From the NCBI GenBank assembly GCA_043228905.1, contig JBHGNT010001057.1:1-12505 (forward strand): DNA of 12,505 nucleotides, in the 5' to 3' direction. This document shows, in pieces, positions 7,061 to 12,505 of this stretch. Position 1 is the stretch's first letter. The number at the start of each line of letters is the position of its first letter. Position numbers and translations under genes: made by a program. A model generated the notes under the pieces. That model saw only the letters and a program-made list of their open reading frames with translations. It had not been told where the DNA came from and made no database searches. The DNA is from Azolla caroliniana. Taxonomy: Eukaryota; Plantae; Polypodiophyta.

Positions 7061-7917
7061 CTACGACAGATCCTCATACATACTTTTCCACACATATTCC
7101 ATCAACATGGACAACTTAGAATATCATCTCACCAACTTGAGATTGAGAATGGTCGTACTAATGGAGTCCCTAAAGAGGAAAGGATACGTAGATTATGTCA
7201 CATAGAGATAGAGGATGAGTACCTCTTTACATGCAAGTGTCCAACTTACGCCGAGATAAGGGCAAAATACCGAGACATACTCGGTCCCTCTCCCACCCTC
7301 CCCAAACTATTAGATACTCTAGATAGAAAGCAATTAGGAAATTATATCTTAGAGCTAAAACAACATAGAGAGAATAAACTACAAAATGTTGTCGATAATG
7401 TTTCTAATATTCACCAACATGTAACAAATGAAGTTTTACAGGGACACACCTGCACCACTCGGCCTCTTCCTTGATGAAGCAAAAAACCAAAGAAGAACCA
7501 AACGCCCTTGGATGCCGGGTTTCAAAGCAACTTGACATGGTGTAGAAGCAATTATAAAAATAACGGAACGTGAACTACACTGGCTAGAAGCCATGGTTGG
7601 GGTACATTCTACACCGGGACCACAGGTCACAACCACACCGAAACCCTTTGACCTCCCACTTCTTTTCGAGAGGCTTGGATGGAAATGAAACTTGGCCTAG
7701 TACAAAGTCATTTCCTTTAGCGAATATGTTACACCATAACACGTTTTGTACAATACTATAACTCTTTTATCGTAAGTTCTATTTTTATTTTTATTTTTAT
7801 TTTTATTTTTGATGATTGGGTAAATACCTTATTTTGTTGTACACCAATTGTCTCATGGGCCAATTTTGGCCTTACAAGATGTTAATATATCTTTCTTTCT
7901 TTCTTTTCTTTCTTTCT
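7061..7917 (+). mobile_element. 3' fragment of a non-LTR retrotransposon (LINE, possibly RTE-X-like): ORF2 C-terminus, 3' UTR, stem-loop and microsatellite tail
   Basis: From 7109 the frame reads GQLRISSHQLEIENGR...EERIRRLCHIEIEDEYLFTCKCPTYAEIR, a degenerate LINE ORF2 C-terminal CCHC region. GGCCAA/TTGGCC hairpin at 7858-7871, then TAATATAT and (CTTT)n at 7891-7917. Clade and 3' limit are inferred. Confidence 0.7.
7780..7810. repeat. (ATTTTT)5 simple repeat
   Basis: atttttatttttatttttatttttattttt. Confidence 0.9.
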
Positions 7918-10900
7918 CACACACATATCACATAATATTTCGTTTCTTAATCACATATGTGATTAACTACTCACATAATTAGATACTAATTAACCCTTAG
8001 TTAATTACCTAATTATTAGCATCATAAATGACTTATCATCTCCTTGTTTTAGTCTCGTCTCCATAGATTAAGTAATCATGACTTTATAGAAGAGATCAAT
8101 TGTTGATATAGAACACATTAATATTTATATAAAACCTCTATTTTAATGTGATTACACAGAAAAGAATTGTGTTATGTGAGATTGATGGACCTATCATCTG
8201 AGAGTACAATTGTTGCTAGTAACACTCTAGGTCAAGGCTTGGAACTTATAAAATTTTGGAAATTAGTAGTAGAATCTACTCTTCGAGATTCTTCGTAGTA
8301 CAATTGTAGTACAAATGTCACTAATAGTACAACTCTAGGGCGAGGTTCGACACATAAACTTTTCGAAATTGTTCATTATACTTAGCACTTTTGAAAATTA
8401 ATGTGGTAGTTATACTTTAAGCGCTTGTATGGGTTTGTCATCCTTAACTACATTTATTTTGCCTTCCCCATTCTTCACTAATGTGCTTGCCATTATCCAA
8501 AGGAAATTTTCCTATTCAATGCCAAGTTACTTATAGCATGGCACTAGAGCCACACAACTTAAAGCTCATATCCATAGATGCATTCAAGTAAAAATGTCCT
8601 TGCATCCCCTCATGAAATTTTGTGGATCTACGAAGAATAAGATGATATTGTCCTTGAGACACAATCGCATGATGATTTACCTTTAATTTGCAAGTTTGAA
8701 TAGGGAATAACATTTGGACACCTTGCAAGTTGACTTGTGACCCAAATAAAGAACCACAAGTGGAATCAAGAATATGCATATCATGTGAACTATTCATGAA
8801 GTGAGATTGATAAGAATACGAGGTTGAAAGATTGCTTGCATGGAATAAATTATACTCTTTGTCATTTGTGACTTTATCATGTTTAGCTTTCAAATGAACA
8901 ATAGGAGATACGCCTTTGGAAAAGAAAAGATGCCTAAAACAAAGAAGTACCAATATGTTTATATCCACATGTTACGTATTTTTGGAGAGGAAATTATGTT
9001 TTTATGTAACCCCAAAGCATTTAAATCTAGAATAGGATCCTACTTCGTTACGCATAGGATAAGTTTGATAATATCGACATGGCTATAGAGTATAGTTTAA
9101 GAAATCCAAGAGTTAGTACCCAAGATTGAATCTAACTCTCAGCAAAATCAAATTGGATGCAACCCATTACACATGCATTGGATGTATTTACTTGCCACAC
9201 CCATGAAAGCTTCAAACTTTATAAGCAATCACTTGATGTAGCTCTATTAAAGTTCATACCACATAGGGTGAAATTTGAAGCTTTGGGATGTTATGACTAA
9301 TGCAAAACAAATAAATTATTTGGTTCACCCGAAAAGTCAATGATTGGGTTGATCATGAATCTATTAGAGGAGTGTAAGTGTGAATTGGTGATGGCACAAT
9401 GTTCTCCAAGTCGCTCATAATCCACCCCATGGATCTACTTGAAGATGATGTAGAGCTCATTGCAGTAGCACTATATAGATTAATATAGCCAACATATAAA
9501 CAGAATTTCCATCAATGAGAATGATATACATGTGTAAATTGTGACAAAGACAAGAGGACAACAAAACTACATACTAGTCAATGCAGACTATGTCAAGGAT
9601 TGAGATTGAGTAAGGGAGAGAGGTCCAAGACCCTTGAAATTGTAGCACTAAAAGATAAGATTATCTTATTCCTATGGACTGAAACACGTAACATCAATTT
9701 ATTAATAAAAACTCGAGCATCAAACAATTATATAAATCAAAGAAATGGTCTCCTTTACTCAACTTAGACATAGATTGAAACGTGTAAACCTTGTTTTTCT
9801 TCTTAAATTTTAGATAGATTGTCTTTTTCTACACCCCCATGCAAGAATTAGTAATAGTGGCACTATGTTGTGGGTCTTCTTATATATACATAAATATTTA
9901 TCTATGAAATTTTCAAGTAAGGATGATCTGGTCTTTCTCATTTATAAGAATGAATTAATAACTCCACTATTCACTTGTTTATAGTTGTCACTATCACTTG
10001 ACCATACATTATATTGTGCTTTTCAAGGGAAGCAAAAACCCTACATGATACGTAGAAATAATCAAATACATATGTCATTCAATATAAATATCCATAAACA
10101 AATCATCAATGTTGAGATTTCGCAATTAACTCACCGTCTTAACCATTCCATGACCCAAAGAACCTTTTTATTATTATTAACAACTTTGTAGTTTCGGGAC
10201 CATGTGAGTATTGGATCAAAAGTTTGCCAAACATATTAGGGTGGTGGGTGGTCTATATTAAAGGAAATGCATGTCCTTGGTTTGAAAACTAGATACTAGA
10301 ATGAAAGGGTTATAATGAGATGGCAAATCATAATGTGGTGATTTTGTCATAAGTAAAATATTGCCCTACACATGTTTGATTTATAAGTATATATAGAGTG
10401 CATGTTGTTATAAAGTAGAAACTTCCAAAACTACTAGCCAAAGATTCACAAACTTGTGAGTACACATTCACAAACCAACATAAGTGTGACTAGTATAGGA
10501 AATGCATGACTCCATGTACTGTCACATGACGTAACTAGTTAAAGATATTGAGATATATAGGGTAATAGTTACTTTGAGCGAACTGAGTTTACATGGAATT
10601 TAGAAGTCGCGTATTTACAATTCACAACATTGTGGGCTCTCCATTAAAGTAGGACTTTAAGCCTTATTGACAGTATTTATATGGATGATGTCATAACAGA
10701 AACAACTCACTTTCAAGAGAATTGCCAAATAATTTCCAAGCATCATATTTGAGATTGCCTTATAACCTGTCGACAATCTTAAATGGACATTCTAGTTGTA
10801 ATTTGATAGTATATCCAAAATACGGTCTATGATTGAGGTTATTTATATTTGGTCATGCTAGAAGGTCTAGTAAAAAATATCTCCACTCATCAATAATATT

Positions 10901-11610
10901 GCCAAGGGACCAATTTTTTGTGGATAATTGACAATGAATAATTTCTATGAGTTCAACATCTCTCAATGCTTTATCATTTGCCACAAAACTTGTGGTGTGG
11001 CCATTCTACTTGTAAGTAAATCATATAAAAATTCCAAGTTATGTGATATGATTGAGCTTATATATTATTGGTCATGGGCAAGTACTCCCCCCTCTCCCTC
11101 CCAAGTAAACAAATGGTCAAATATGATTCCTTAGTCATATTTATAGAAAACTGTGGGGATTGTGATAGAGGTCCAATATTATTTGTCATGGTCGATGGAC
11201 AGAAGTGTGGAAGGCAAGTAATGAATGGCCAAATACGATTCCATGGTCACATTATTTACATAAAACAAAGGAGGTGATAGAAGGTTGGGTTTGACCTTTC
11301 AAATTGGTACAGGCTAAGTTGCCCGCAAGACAAGGACACGAGTTTTATAGTTTATTGATCATTTAGAGGAGCTTGATCAAGTCGAAGAAATGTGTCATGG
11401 TGAGGTGGAAAAGATTAAGGTGAGAGATTGGTTAATTTAAGACAAATCCTCGTGGAAATAAAAGACCACGGTGATGTTGATGGACAGCTAGTAGATGAAG
11501 GATTACTTGAAATGTTAGTATTGAAAGACCCTCCTATAAAAGGATTCTATTCAACTCCCCATGAACCACATCAACCAATCCTCCTCCTTGAACCCATCCT
11601 TTGTAGTTTT

Positions 11611-11618
11611 TATAAATA
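11611..11618 (+). promoter_or_regulatory. Candidate TATA box of the peroxidase gene (alternative TATAAAA at 11535-11541)
   Basis: TATAAATA ~70 bp upstream of the ATG at 11682, followed by a CA-rich leader. Confidence 0.5.
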
Positions 11619-11639
11619 TTCTCAAAACAACAATCATAA

Positions 11640-11978
<339 letters not shown>

Positions 11979-12087
11979 TAACTATCTATATGACCATTAA
12001 GATTTCTCCTTAACAAGTGCTCATGTAACCCCCCCCCCCCTCCCCTTCCTTACAATTTCTTCTTCTTAATGCATATATATATTGTAG

Positions 12088-12351
<264 letters not shown>

Positions 12352-12398
12352 TGATTAGGAGTTTGAGTTAAATATGATATATGGATGTGTTAAATTAG

Positions 12399-12505
12399 GC
12401 TGGAGGCATTCCATGGAAGGTACAATTGGGTAGGAGGGATGCTACCACTGTCAATGGCTCCGCACCCTTGCAATTCCTTCCCGCACCTACACAAAACCTC
12501 ACCGT
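12399..12505 (+). CDS. Class III peroxidase, exon 3 (truncated by window end)
   Basis: After TTAG acceptor: AGGIPWKVQLGRRDATTVNGSAPLQFLPAPTQNLT, with conserved W-x-V-x-LGRRD and LPAP. Confidence 0.93.

Noticed and set aside
6928-7119. SESESE-repeat ORF
   Set aside because: Translation of the (GAGTGA)6 microsatellite in the copia LTR.
8531-9088. 145-aa minus-strand ORF and 69-aa plus-strand ORF
   Set aside because: No recognisable motif, AT-rich composition and no supporting exon structure. A highly decayed TE or gene fragment cannot be excluded without BLASTX.

Overview
Land-plant nuclear DNA, probably from a non-seed plant (inferred from the retroelement types, not proven). Positions 1-~7.9 kb form a four-level nest of retroelements. 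A + strand Ty3/gypsy element (A: integrase end, PPT, 3' LTR 264-880) is inserted in the gag of a - strand Ty3/gypsy element (B: degenerate gag with CCHC knuckle, tRNA-Trp PBS, 2.24-kb 5' LTR 2151-4390). B is inserted in the integrase of a decayed + strand Ty1/copia element (INT end-RT-RNase H, 3' LTR 6791-7060). The copia element in turn interrupts the 3' part of a LINE (C-terminal Zn-knuckle region, 3' stem-loop, (CTTT)n tail). About 3.7 kb of AT-rich intergenic/promoter DNA follows, then the first 2.5 exons of a class III secretory peroxidase gene (11682 to window end). The most unusual observations are: both gypsy insertions are flanked by CCGGA; LTR B carries dense CCGG arrays; LTR B contains tRNA-like Pol III A/B-box modules; and LTR B has an internal hairpin copy of its own termini. 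These are hypotheses needing family-level checks. No new protein system is evident.
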